Source of the DNA: Eledone cirrhosa
Lineage: Eukaryota
Assembly (NCBI GenBank): GCA_964016885.1
Contig: OZ024742.1
Location: 243,660,001-243,724,000 of the forward strand
Length of the DNA stretch: 64,000 nucleotides
Reading direction: 5' to 3'
Both the position numbers and the translations under genes were made by a program. Shown here one piece after another: positions 12,791 to 24,500 of the stretch. Each line of letters opens with the position of its first letter. Within the stretch, counting starts at the first letter, position 1. Under the pieces are notes generated by a model that was not told the origin of the DNA, made no database searches, and worked only from the letters and a program-made list of their open reading frames with translations.

Positions 12791-12840
12791 CAACATTTGA
12801 AAAGATGGCTTTTGCAGACCCATCGAAACCGGTCATTTTT
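12791..12840 (+). ncRNA. Minimal hammerhead motif (U3-A8 core)
   Basis: TTGAAAA, stem II GATGG/CCATC, GAA, palindromic stem III ACCGGT, GUC site; stem I weak. Confidence 0.6.
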
Positions 12841-13066
12841 TATACCCTTTATTATTTCCTTACCTTATAAAATTATGTTTTTTCACAAAAAAGTATTCTG
12901 TCTCTTATATATTCCATGTGCCATTACCAACCTCAATGTTCTCTCTCTCTCTATATATATATATAGTAATAATAATAAAATTGAAGACTAAAATACAAAG
13001 AGGGCTCGATAAGGATAAATATATATCAAATATATAAGAACCGTAGAGCAAATATTTATTAAATAA

Positions 13067-13140
13067 CAGATTAAAGTTTAAGCAAAGACTCGCTGCTTTC
13101 ACCCTTAATGGGATCTTCTGAAACTAACAATGTCAATCTG
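13067..13140 (-). ncRNA. Hammerhead-like motif in Naiad pLTR (CAGAAGA core)
   Basis: Same fold as 19193-19266; further copies at 16183-16256 and 25632-25704 (the latter has a stem III deletion). Confidence 0.5.
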
Positions 13141-13894
13141 TAAACGCAGAACTGGATATTTCAAAAAACGTTGCAACCGGAGGAAGACAGGAAGACGATA
13201 CTTTAGTTCGTGGAACGTTCGCTGGCAAAGAACGGGAACAAACGAATAATACGTCATTAATAGGAGCGGTGAAAAACAATTACGCGCAAAGACAGAACCA
13301 CGTTTATGGTATAAAAGAGGTCGTAGACTAATGTTCTCTTAGGTGGTGCATAGAGACGTTCTCTGGCAATGAACGAAAAAACGAAGATAATAAGTCATAT
13401 GTGGAGCGTGGAGAACAATAGCACGCAAAGACAAAACCACGTAAATGGTATAGCAGAAGTCGTAGACTAAAATTCTAACTAGGAGACCAAATGAATCTCT
13501 GCTACAGAGTTAAGAACAAAGTAAAGAAATACAATACAGAAGTAATAGAAATAAATAAATACATACACGCAAACAAATACGTACATATAAATACACGAAT
13601 GTTCGGAGACGTAAGTCAACTAAAACAAGAAGTACACATATACACACACCCACCATACGTACGAGCCTGCATACTCACGCAGACGCAAAACTCCCGTATA
13701 CACATAGCCAAACCCTAAATACCAGAATATAAAAATTATACGCCATAACAATCAAATATACGTACGAGAAGGTATACATACCTTCACAAAACATACGGGT
13801 AATATATACTTACCTATGCAGATAAGTAAAGGAATAAACAAAACATATACTTAGCTCCCACATCAAGACGTAAAATATTCACGTATAGATCGAA

Positions 13895-16037
13895 CTATCC
13901 GTTAGGGTATAACGTGGGGCTGTAATACAGGAAAGTTTTGTGCAATTTATGTTTACAAGCCGAAATTGCCTCAGATTTTTTGTTTAAGATGTGGTCTGTG
14001 GCGTAGAGTATTTCCAGGGCCTCAGCGGCGCAGAGATCACATGGTCTTTTATTTCCGTTATACGATCTAGCCCTAGCTAGGATCTCCCAGTGTAACTTAT
14101 ATTGGGTGTGGTTGTCTTTTAGACTCCAGATATAAGCTGAAAGTGACGTCATATTCCTTCTTAGAGGGTAACGAAAAGAATGGGTATGCATGTAAAGACG
14201 CTGCTTGAAACTATTGGCGGTTAACCCTATGTAGGCCCTACGGGACGTAGGTGTTACAACCTTACATTTGTAGACAACGTTACTAGAGAGGCATTTCCCG
14301 GATAGGGGGCAATCAGCTCGATTCCTACAATTACAGTTAGTACTAACTACAGGGTTGCACGTGTTCCTACGGCTAGGTAGTTTAGCTAAATTTGAAGCTG
14401 TGATGTTATGTGCAAGGTTAGGTGTCGTAGAGTAAGAAATTTTAATAGTATTTCTATTAAAAATGTTACTATATTTATGTGTAGGGGGAAAATGCTTCGT
14501 AATAAGGGAAAGAAAGATCTTAGCTAATGGTGTGGCTACCTCCATATTATATGGTGGGTTAAACCAACAAATGCGACGGGATCTATTTCTTCTAGGTCTA
14601 TTTTCGTACTCTGTATATGCTACCTTATCGACAAATCCACTTCGAGCAAGAGCTTCATTGTAATAAGTGGAATGGTCGTTGAAAATGCGCTCGTTGGTGG
14701 AAAGACGGGAAAGCCTCAACGAAACGTTTCTTACCAGGTTCTTGGTTATGCTGGCAGGATGGTTGGAATGCTTACTTATGTAATTAAGCGTATCATTCGG
14801 CTTTCTATACGGGTAATACAACCCATTCAATAAATTGAGGGTAACGTCGAGGTAATTAACGACCGAGAGATTGGCCTCAACCTGTATAGAGAGGTTGAAG
14901 CCTTTAAAGAAGGCTGTGAGTTCTTTTCTGAACCTGTCGCAAGCACGAGGTCCGCACTTAGTCATGGTCAAAAGACCATCGTCACGTTACAAACCACCGC
15001 CCGCGTTGGGGAATTCGTCCTTGATAGAGAAAAGGAGGAAAAGGCCAAGTAAGGAAAAGGCCAAGATCAGTGACCTCCGCAGAGTCACTGGCGCCCATAC
15101 TCACGTCGAATGGAGTACTATTGGATTTTTTAATCTAAATAGAGTCGTCGAAATTAATCACCGACTTTCAGGCATTAAGGATGACATCGACTTCGAAATC
15201 CTTAACCACTGTGAGTGTTTTAGCGAAATTGGTAGCTCTAAGGAGAAGTGGTAAAGTGATGGAGGAGTAGTAATTGTTGGTGTTGAATTGGATAAAACGG
15301 CAATGTTCCTTGTTACGTATGCCGTTGAACCAATCAATCACCGCGAAAGAATTGTTCCACAGTGCGAGAGGGGCCAAACTTCTAATTTCATGTATAATTC
15401 TATCAAGAATCGTTTTACTAAGTCTACCTAAATCGGACTTCGTAGGGTTAATAAGCCGAATAGAGGGGTTGTTCGGAAAATTGGATTTGTGATCCTTCAG
15501 GGTAAAGTGGGGAGAAATAGGGTCCAGAGGTTCGGTCCAGTCCAGGATGTTGAGGTCAGATGTGATTTTAAACCCAGCGTCGTTGATTTCATTGATGACG
15601 CACCGATTAGTTTTACGGTAATCCTTAGTTACAGCATTATGTAGTAGTTGATGGTAAGTACGGCGCTCCACTTGATATAGGTTGCCAGTTTTGTCGGAAT
15701 GGACGTGCACGGCGTTAGAATCCTTAATAGAACGAATTCTATTCTTCAGGTCTTGCTGGAAGGAATTGCTCCTATTGCGAAATTTGATACTCCGAATGAG
15801 TTCCAAGACATCATTTTCGAAGGGTAGCAATGCTGGGTTCCACGGGGGGTTATTATAGGTTTTAAATCCACATTTATCCTGTTTGTTGTCTGCTTTTCGC
15901 GGATTATCGAAATAAAAGGCACGCCAACGCAACCTTTTAATGAACGCGTCTGTTTTCTGTATCAGGAGTTTTAGGTATGTTTTCCTGCTTGGTACGGGTA
16001 TGTTCTTTGTAGAAATATTCAGATGTTGTTTCTGCAT
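13895..16037 (-). pseudogene. Naiad RT/GIY-YIG polyprotein (~710 aa), disrupted
   Basis: N-terminus STKNIPVPS..YLKLLIQK..FIKRLRWRAF, YRDDGL, YIGLT..FKQR; compared with the 26611 copy it has CGA->TGA at 15168, TGG->TAG near 15135 and a +13 nt insertion near 15050. Confidence 0.9.
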
Positions 16038-17129
16038 GATGAATATAAGTCAGTAGAGTGCTCAACCGAGGGAGCCAAATAGTAATAATAATAAAATTGA
16101 AGACTAAAATCCAAAGAGGGCTCGATAAGGATAAATATATATCAAATATATAAGAACCGTAGAGCAAATATTTATTAAATAACAGATTAAAGTTTAAGCA
16201 AAGACTCGCTGCTTTCACCCTTAACGGGATCTTCTGAAACTAACAATGTCAATCTGTAAACGCAGAACTGGATATTTCAAAAAACGTTGCAACCGGAGGA
16301 AGACAGGAAGACGATACTTTGGTTCGTGGAACGTTCGCTGGCAAAGAACGGGAACAAACGAATAATACGTCATTAATAGGAGCGGTAAAAAACAATTACG
16401 CGCAAAGACAGAACCACGTTTATGGTATAAAAGAGGTCGTAGACTAATGTTCTCTTAGGTGGTGCATAGAGACGTTCTCTGGCAATGAACGAAAAAACGA
16501 AGATAATAAGTCATATGTGGAGCGTGGAGAACAATAGCACGCAAAGACAAAACCACGTAAATGGTATAGCAGAAGTCGTAGACTAAAATTCTAACTAGGA
16601 GACCAAATGAATCTCTGCTACAGAGTTAAGAACAAAGTAAAGAAATACAATACAGAAGTAATAGAAATAAATAAATACATACACGCAAACAAATACGTAC
16701 ATACACAAGCATACGCAAAACCTTACCATAGGTATACAAAACCACGCACATATAAATATGTGTGTGTGTGTGTGTGTATACTTGTGTACAAATAAATAAT
16801 TATATAAACGTATATAAGTAAATAAATACGTATATAACAAGCGCACACACATACCTACATATAAATACACGAATGTTCGGAGACGTAAGTCAACTAAAAC
16901 AAGAAGTACACATATACACACACCCACCATACGTACGAGCCTGCATACTCACGCAGACGCAAAACTCCCGTATACACATAGCCAAACCCTAAATACCAGA
17001 ATATAAAAATTATACGCCATAACAATCAAATATACGTACGAGAAGGTATACATACCTTCACAAAACATACGGGTAATATATACTTACCTATGCAGATAAG
17101 TAAAGGAATAAACAAAACATATACTTAGC

Positions 17130-19280
17130 TCTGGCCTTTTCCTCCTTTTCTCTATCAAGGACGAATTCCCCAACGCGGGCGGTGGTTTGTACCGTGACGA
17201 TGGTCTTTTGACCATGACTAAGTGCGGACCTCGTGCTTGCGACAGGTTCAGAAAAGAACTCACAGCCTTCTTTAAAGGCTTCAACCTCTCTATACAGGTT
17301 GAGGCCAATCTCTCGGTCGTTAATTACCTCGACGTTACCCTCAATTTATTGAATGGGTTGTATTACCCGTATAGAAAGCCGAATGATACGCTTAATTACA
17401 TAAGTAAGCATTCCAACCATCCTGCCAGCATAACCAAGAACCTGGTAAGAAACGTTTCGTTGAGGCTTTCCCGTCTTTCCACCAACGAGCGCATTTTCAA
17501 CGACCATTCCACTTATTACAATGAAGCTCTTGCTCGAAGTGGATTTGTCGATAAGGTAGCATATACAGAGTACGAAAATAGACCTAGAAGAAATAGATCC
17601 CGTCGCATTTGTTGGTTTAACCCACCATGTAATATGGAGGTAGCCACACCATTAGCTAAGATCTTTCTTTCCCTTATTACGAAGCATTTTCCCCCTACAC
17701 ATAAATATAGTAAAATTTTTAATAGAAATACTATTAAAATTTCTTACTCTACGACACCTAACCTTGCACATAACATCACAGCTTCAAATTTAGCTAAACT
17801 ACCTAGCCGTAGGAACACGTGCAACCCTGTAGTTAGTACTAACTGTAATTGTAGGAATCGAGCTGATTGCCCCCTATCCGGGAAATGCCTCTCTAGTAAT
17901 GTTGTCTACAAATGTAAGGTTGTAACACCTACCTACGTAGGGCCTACATAGGGTTAACCGCCAATAGTTTCAAGCAGCGTCTTTACATGCATACCCATTC
18001 TTTTCGTTACCCTCTAAGAAGGAATATGACGTCACTTTCAGCTTATATCTGGAGTCTAAAAGACAACCACACCCAATATAAGTTACACTGGGAGATCCTA
18101 GCTAGGGCTAGATCGTATAACGGAAATAAAAGACCATGTGACCTCTGCGCCGCTGAGGCCCTGGAAATACTCTACGCCACAGACCACATCTTAAACAAAA
18201 AATCTGAGGCAATTTCGGCTTGTAAACATAAATTGCACAAAACTTTCCTGTATTACAGCCCCACGTTATACCCTAACGGATAGTTCGATCTATACGTGGA
18301 TATTTTACGTCTTGATGTGGGAGCTAAGTATATGTTTTGTTTATTCCTTTACTTATCTGCATAGGTAAGTATATATTACCCGTATGTTTTGTGAAGGTAT
18401 GTATACCTTCTCGTACGTATATATGATTGTTATGGCGTATAATTTTTATATTCTGGTATTTAGGGTTTGGCTATGTGTATACGGGAGTTTTGCGTCTGCG
18501 TGAGTATGCAGGCTCGTACGTATGGTGGGTGTGTGTATATGTGTACTTCTTGTTTTAGTTGACTTACGTCTCCGAACATTCGTGTAATTATATGTAGGTA
18601 TGTGTGTGCGCTTGTTATATACGTATTTATTTACTTATATACGTTTATATAATTATTTATTTGTACACTAGCACACACACACACACACACACATATTTAT
18701 ATGTGCGTGGTTTTGTATACCTATGGTGAGGTTTTGCGTATGCTTGTGTATGTATGTATTTGTTTGCGTGTATGTATTTATTTATTTCTATTACTTCTGT
18801 ATTGTATTTTTTTACTTTGTTCTTAACTCTGTAGCAGAGATTCATTTGGTCTCCTAGTTAGAATTTTAGTCTACGACTTCTGCTATACCATTTACGTGGT
18901 TTTGTCTTTGCGTGCTATTGTTCTCCACGCGCCACATATGACTTATCTTCGTTTTTTCGTTCATTGCCAGAGAACGTCTCTATGCACCACCTAAGAGAAC
19001 ATTAGTCTACGACCTCTTTTATACCATAAACGTGGTTCTGTCTTTGCGCGTAATTGTTTTTCACCGCTCCTATTAATGACGTATTATTCGTTTGTTCCCG
19101 TTCTTTGCCAGCGAACGTTCCACGAACCAAAGTATCGTCTTCCTGTCTTCCTCCGGTTGCAACGTTTTTTGAAATATCCAGTTCTGCGTTTACAGATTGA
19201 CATTGTTAGTTTCAGAAGATCCCGTTAAGGGTGAAAGCAGCGAGTCTTTGCTTAAACTTTAATCTGTTATTTAATAAATA
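17130..19280 (+). mobile_element. Inverted, 5'-truncated Naiad copy joined head-to-head to the full-length element
   Basis: Reverse complement of ~13050-15046; ORFs 17187-17951 and 17987-18283 are split by a small deletion; pLTR 18284-19280 ends in (TA)n. Confidence 0.93.
19193..19266 (+). ncRNA. Hammerhead-like motif in Naiad pLTR (CAGAAGA core)
   Basis: Stem I agttt/aaact plus distal cagatt/aatctg; core CAGAAGA; stem II CCC/GGG; GAA; stem III AGCA/TGCT; CUU site. Confidence 0.5.
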
Positions 19281-19369
19281 TATATATATATATATATATC
19301 ATCATCATCACTGTTAAACGTCTATTTTCCACGCTACCATGGGTTATATATATATATATATGTGTGTGT

Positions 19370-20190
19370 AGAGAAGAGGGTGTTCAGAAAGCACAGTAGC
19401 CAGAGTGAGAATGAGTTGGAGAAAGTTCAGAGAGCTGTACTGCTGCTAACTACAAAAGGTTTTTTTTCCTCAAAATGAAAGTCAGATTGTATAATGCATA
19501 TATACAAACAACAATGTTACATAGTAGTGAGACCTGGGCACTGTGTGCAGAGGACCTGTGAAGATTGGAAAGAAATGAAGCCTGCATGCTTCCATGCTTC
19601 AACAGTTGTATAATAGTAATATACATGAATGGCAAAGCATAAATGAACTGAGAGAGAAATTGGGCATAAGAGGGATTAGATGCAGTGTGCAGGAGAGGAG
19701 ATTGTGTTGGTATGGACATGTGATGTGTATGAAGGATGACAGCTATATAAAAAGGTGCAGGGGTATCAGAGTTGATGAAAGCTGTGGAGTGGGAAGACTT
19801 GGGATGAGGTGATAAAAGCTGACCTTGCACAATTGCACCTCACAAAGGCGATGACTCAGGACCTTGATCTCTGATGCTACACAATAAACAGAAGACCTGC
19901 CTTCCCATATGTCGAGGCTGAAGCATACATCTAGTATGTGCCACCTTCCCTCCCACGTTGTAATCACCTTACCCCCATCCTAACACCTACCCCTAGAACT
20001 ACCTTGCTAATCCCCCATGCATCTCCCTCATACAAGTCCCCAATCTACACTATAAAGTGGTCATCTTGTTTCCACGACAATGAGTGCCGTCTACACTGTG
20101 AAGTGGTCATGTAGGTGTCATGACAAAAAGCACCCAGTACACACTGGTTGACGTTGGAAAGTCATCCAACCGTAGAAACCAATGTAGAGC
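19370..20190 (+). mobile_element. Degraded RTE LINE 3' part
   Basis: Homologous to 7420-8230 (ERRLCWYGHVM), with frameshifts. Confidence 0.9.
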
Positions 20191-20199
20191 ACGTTTAGT

Positions 20200-21115
20200 A
20201 ACCTTACAAGAAGTTGAATACAGATCCTTCCTTGATGAAATCACTACAGTGTTAGATGTAGTTAAAACTGAGTCCTATTTCCTAATGGAAAGAACAGTGA
20301 TCTAAATACGAATGGTGAGGCCATATTAGACTTCTGTTCTAGCAATGGACTCACTATTATGAACACCTTCCAGCACAGAGACATCCATAAATATACATGG
20401 TATAAGGGGAATCAGAGTCAGAGATCTATAATTGATTTTGTTATTGTCTTTGATCTCTTCGATTCTGTGCTGGATGTTCATGTTAAGAGAGAGACTGAAC
20501 TGTCAACTGATCACCTTCTAGTTACCTGCAACTTGAGATTACCCAAAACCAAAGAAGCCCACAAAATTGGCAGGTCCAGGTCAGCCTACAGGATAAAGTG
20601 GGAAGCATTGGTGGACAAGGAAGTCAGAACCAGGTATGCAGATGCTATTGCATCCAAATTCAGAGAACTCCCTGAGCAAACTGAGGTTGTTGAAACAGAG
20701 TGGAGATGGTTCAGCTGCAGCTGTTAAATGCTGCAAGCAAAAGAGGCTTGATGTGGTGCTGAATGGCTGGAGAACCTCTTGGTTCAATCAAGTGGTCAAA
20801 GATGCCATCCAAGCAAAGAAAGAGGCCTACAAATCTTGGCTTGGAAATAAGTCCTCCTTCATGCACTTGCATTACAAACAGGCAAGAAAAGCCACAGCAG
20901 AGACTAAAAGTGTATAGTTAAGACATGGGAGGGCTTTGGGGTTAAGCTGGAATCCAACTTCAGATCAGCAAATAAAGTGTTCTGGAAGACCATTCGCAGA
21001 CTTTGTAATAAGAAGTGTTCCTCCACGCCTGCTATCAAGAACGCATCTGAGACTCTCCTCTCTTCAGAGAAATGCATCCTTGCAGGGTGAAGTGAGAATA
21101 CTTTGCTGATCTCCT
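20200..21115 (+). mobile_element. Degraded RTE-clade LINE, APE endonuclease region
   Basis: NGEAILDFC..NGL.IMNTF.H...HKYTW...RSIIDFVIV...LSTDHLLV. Confidence 0.85.
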
Positions 21116-21344
21116 ATATATATATATATATATAAATATAAGTATGTATACGTACATACATATATGTATACAGACGTACAGTAGTATGTATATACATACA
21201 TACACACATATATATATATGTACGTATGGGTTTACCGAACATTTATAATAATGCTCGGTTTGTTTGTAAACAAACAGCCCAAATTATTAGCCATACAGTG
21301 TTCGGCAACCATCGTTGCTATTTTGTTCAACACTGACAAAGGAA

Positions 21345-21385
21345 CGATGAACTAGTTTCTAGCTTATTAGCTGTCATCAGCACCG
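21345..21385 (-). ncRNA. Minimal type I hammerhead ribozyme
   Basis: cggtg-CTGATGA-cAGCTaataAGCTa-GAA-ACTAGT-T-catcg. Confidence 0.72.
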
Positions 21386-21554
21386 ATTACCTTCCTGTCA
21401 GTCAATTGAACGTTTGAAAGTTTTTACTTTCCTTATACATATTAATGGCTGAGTAGCCTAATTTGCATATCGAGTGAGTTAGTCGACTCAGCCGTTAATA
21501 TGCATAAGGAAAGTATATACTTTCAAACGTTCAATTGACTGACAGGAAGGTATA

Positions 21555-21595
21555 CGGTGCTGATGACAGTTAATAAGCTAGAAACTAGTTCATCG
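21555..21595 (+). ncRNA. Minimal type I hammerhead ribozyme
   Basis: cggtg-CTGATGA-cAGTTaataAGCTa-GAA-ACTAGT-T-catcg. Confidence 0.72.
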
Positions 21596-21787
21596 TTCCT
21601 TTGTCAGTGTTGAACAAATGTGTGTGCATGTATGTATATATATACATACTACAGTTCGTCTGTATACATATATGTATGTACGTATCCATACTTATATTTA
21701 AGTATCAGCCGTACTAAGAGTGAGAAATGAAATTTCATTTTTTCTATATATATATATATAGGAGGAAATTGTTGTTTACTATATATA

Positions 21788-21965
21788 TATTATAAATCAT
21801 TAGTGCCTGACAGCTGAGCTTTTGCTGTTTCAATGACATGTGAATAACTGCAGTTATCCACTCGCCGTCAAAACGCTGTGTGCTCAGCTATCAGGCACTA
21901 ACTATTTATAATACATACACCCTACTTTCTCAAGTATTTAGTACTTATCTGGTAACTCCCAATCT
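21788..21965. mobile_element. Short fold-back element related to 46731-46923 and 61166-61377
   Basis: ttagtgcctgacagctgagc ... gctcagctatcaggcactaa arms around ataactgcagttat; tail ctact..ctcaagtatt.agtactt is shared with the other copies. Confidence 0.6.
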
Positions 21966-22458
21966 ATATATATAGAAGGTAAAGATCCACTTTGGTTACA
22001 AATGACCATGGGTTTTTGCCAAGAATTTTCCCTTCCTAGGCACAAGCCCAGGTAAAATGCTTTGTGGAAAACCAGCAAGAGAAAGGCAAAGGCCAATACA
22101 GCTTAACCCCAGTGACATCGCAACTCGTTTCTACAGCCATTCGAACTCACAATATCGTGATTGTGAACCCAACTCTCCTGCTACCAAGCTACATATATTC
22201 TATGTAAGTGCAAACTCTACAAGATCAGATTTCATGACTCCTGTCTGATTTTGAACTATGAAAATATCTCACTTTTTCTTTTTAATCTGGCATTTGAAAA
22301 TGAAAACGAATTGGAAAACAGGTTCAAAATAAGGCTATGCAAAATTTGTGTCACTAATTAATTTATTGAATTCTAAAATAGGACAGAAAGACTCTGTATA
22401 GTGAATTAAGATCAATCACTGTTTGTGACTGGTCATTATTAATTTATTAATGATTATT

Positions 22459-22650
22459 AGGGCGGTGGATTGGCAGTATCGGTAAGGGTCGGACGCCATG
22501 CTTTGAAGCATAGAGTTACCTCCCTTTATGATCTGAGTTCAAATCCCGCCGAGGTTAACTTTGCCTTTCATCCTTACGGGGTCGATAAAATAAAGTACCA
22601 GTAATGCACTGGAATAATTGCTGGCCTTGTGCCAAAAGTAGAAACAATTA
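22459..22650 (+). mobile_element. tRNA-derived SINE family A
   Basis: gggcggtggattggcag...gagttcaaatcccgccgaggttaactttgcctttcatccttacggggtcgataaaataaagtaccag...ggccttgtgccaaaagtagaaac. Confidence 0.85.
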
Positions 22651-22744
22651 ATTTATTAATGAGCTAGGATATGCTGTTTTACCTTAATTTTCTATGCTAA
22701 TATTAGTAAGATTACTTTAAAGAACCAATGAGATATTTTAATAA

Positions 22745-22962
22745 TTGTTTCTACTTTAGGCACAAGGCCAGCAATTTGAAGGGGAGGGGAAAGTCGATTA
22801 AATCAACCCCAGTGCATTACTGGTGTTTCATTTTATCGACCTCATAAGGATGAAAGGCGAAGCTAACCTCGGCGGCATTTGAACTCGGAACATAAAGGGC
22901 CATAACTATGTTGCAAAGCATGGTGTCTAATGCTTTAACGATACTGCCAATCCACTGCCCTG
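22745..22962 (-). mobile_element. tRNA-derived SINE family A
   Basis: Reverse-complement copy; gagatattttaataat is repeated on both flanks (TSD-like). Confidence 0.85.
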
Positions 22963-24329
22963 AGATATTTTAATAATGGTTTCTATTATAGGTAGCAGGT
23001 CTAGAATTTTAGGGGATGAGGACAGTTGAATAGATAAATATTATTACTAGTCAGAACATATTGCTAACATTTTGCTAGTCCCAAAATTTTTAGAAGTTTA
23101 GAAATGATATTCCATGTTATTATGTTCATGCCTTACCCAACAACATTTATAATATAAGTGAGCTGAGATGATTTTCAACTAGAAATTGAAAAAGGCAGAA
23201 TCCTGCTTCATCTCTGATACTTACCAGAGTATAAAATGAAAGAATACTCCATTAAACAAATGAAGAAGCCTCAACATGGTCACACAACCTGTTAGAAATA
23301 GCAACCAAATTTCCTCCAAATAACACCATGGTGTCTTTAAAAAGAAGTACAATACATTAGATAATGTACTTCTAAGATCAATAATTAATAATCAAGTTTC
23401 CACAACTGGTTCAGCCAAATGTTTTACTGTGTGTCCACCATGGCATTTCAATGGGCCTTAGAAATGATTGATGGTGCCCATCTCCTCATCAAGGAGCCAC
23501 TCCCTCACTAATTCAGCCTCTCACCATAAGCAGTGCTTGTGATGTGGCTGAAAAATGTTCTTGAGCCAAAAGTGAGTCAGGTGAGAAGCGATGTATCTGT
23601 CCAGCCCTAAGGATGCTGCTACTAGATATCAAGGTATTCTTTATTTCAAGATGTTTCTTCAAATGTTGAATAACAATACGTCCAATATTGCACAATAACG
23701 TTTTTCAAATCATTTCACTCTACTTTCAAAAAAACAGACGGGATGGTCACTACCTGGAGCTGACCTGGGGCTAAACAGTGACAACAACAATAGTACACAA
23801 CATAGGTGAAAATGTGTTCATGTGATTCAATATGTAAGGGATGGATGTTCTGCTAAAGTTAATTCAAAATGTGACAACGTTTTCAATGTATAGACTGTTT
23901 GTTCATTTGTATTTGCTGATTGAACATGGCACTGGAGAAGAATTTTCTCTGCAGACTATTGAGACACTAAATGCTCAGACGATTCTCCTTTTGAAAACAT
24001 CATTAGCTAAAGACATAACAACTTAAGTTTCCTTCAACTGCAGCAACAATAATTACTACAACATCATGAAAACAGTCATACAATGTTATGAAAATGAATT
24101 GGACGCCTGTTGCATGAAGACTTAACAGTAAAGTGAACACTAACATTATTGATGTAATAAGCCAAGAAATTTTTTAATTAAATAAAACTACACATTTAAC
24201 TATGAGGACAATCCTGATAAAAAGAGGTAAGGAAAAAACATTTTACAAAAGAAAATTGACAACAACAATGAATCAAAAAGACAGCTTCACTCCTTCAATC
24301 ATACACCATAGCAGGGAGCACCAACACTT

Positions 24330-24500
24330 TCCTCTTAAAGTTTTTTAAGCAATCTAAAACACTCACAACATTACCATGAGTGATCACGAGGCTAAAGTAT
24401 TGGAACAACCGTGACGACCATAAATGATACTTCCGTAAACCCAGATCCCAAAGCAGTTTGGACAACACAACTGTTCAGAGGATTCCCAAGCAAGTCAAAA
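24330..24500 (-). mobile_element. CRE-like LINE 3' remnant
   Basis: Minus frame RLFQYFSLVITHGNVVSV resembles the WLFQRVSLTLLQGNAFSI terminus at 39556; DNA similarity to 29075-29135. Confidence 0.55.

Larger units (their letters stand above)
10740..12945 (+). mobile_element. Neptune-type Penelope-like element: 3' fragment plus inverted pLTR (10740-11143)
   Basis: Frame ~11150-11597 reads KCGRTNCGTC...FTCNSENLIYAITCGGCKHNYIGQT (Zn linker plus GIY-YIG); 10782-11143 is the reverse complement of ~12576-12938; (TA)n on both flanks; microsatellite expansion at 11880-12480. Confidence 0.85.
12964..17129 (-). mobile_element. Full-length Naiad-type Penelope-like element with two direct pLTRs (16079-17129 and 12964-13890)
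   Basis: RT plus C-terminal GIY-YIG ORF 16037->13895; CxCx5C linker (CNCRNRADC); near-identical pLTR upstream and downstream, the downstream one lacking ~150 bp. Confidence 0.93.
21134..21744. mobile_element. Non-coding fold-back element carrying two oppositely oriented hammerheads (pLTR-like)
   Basis: 21323-21455 pairs with 21485-21619, and 21134-21210 with 21620-21700; (TA)n on both flanks. Confidence 0.75.

Noticed and set aside
15168-15170. In-frame TGA in the Naiad ORF as possible selenocysteine (some Naiads encode selenoproteins)
   Set aside because: The sister copy has CGA (Arg) here, so this is CpG decay; nearby TAG and frameshift show the copy is dead, and the Cys motifs use normal codons
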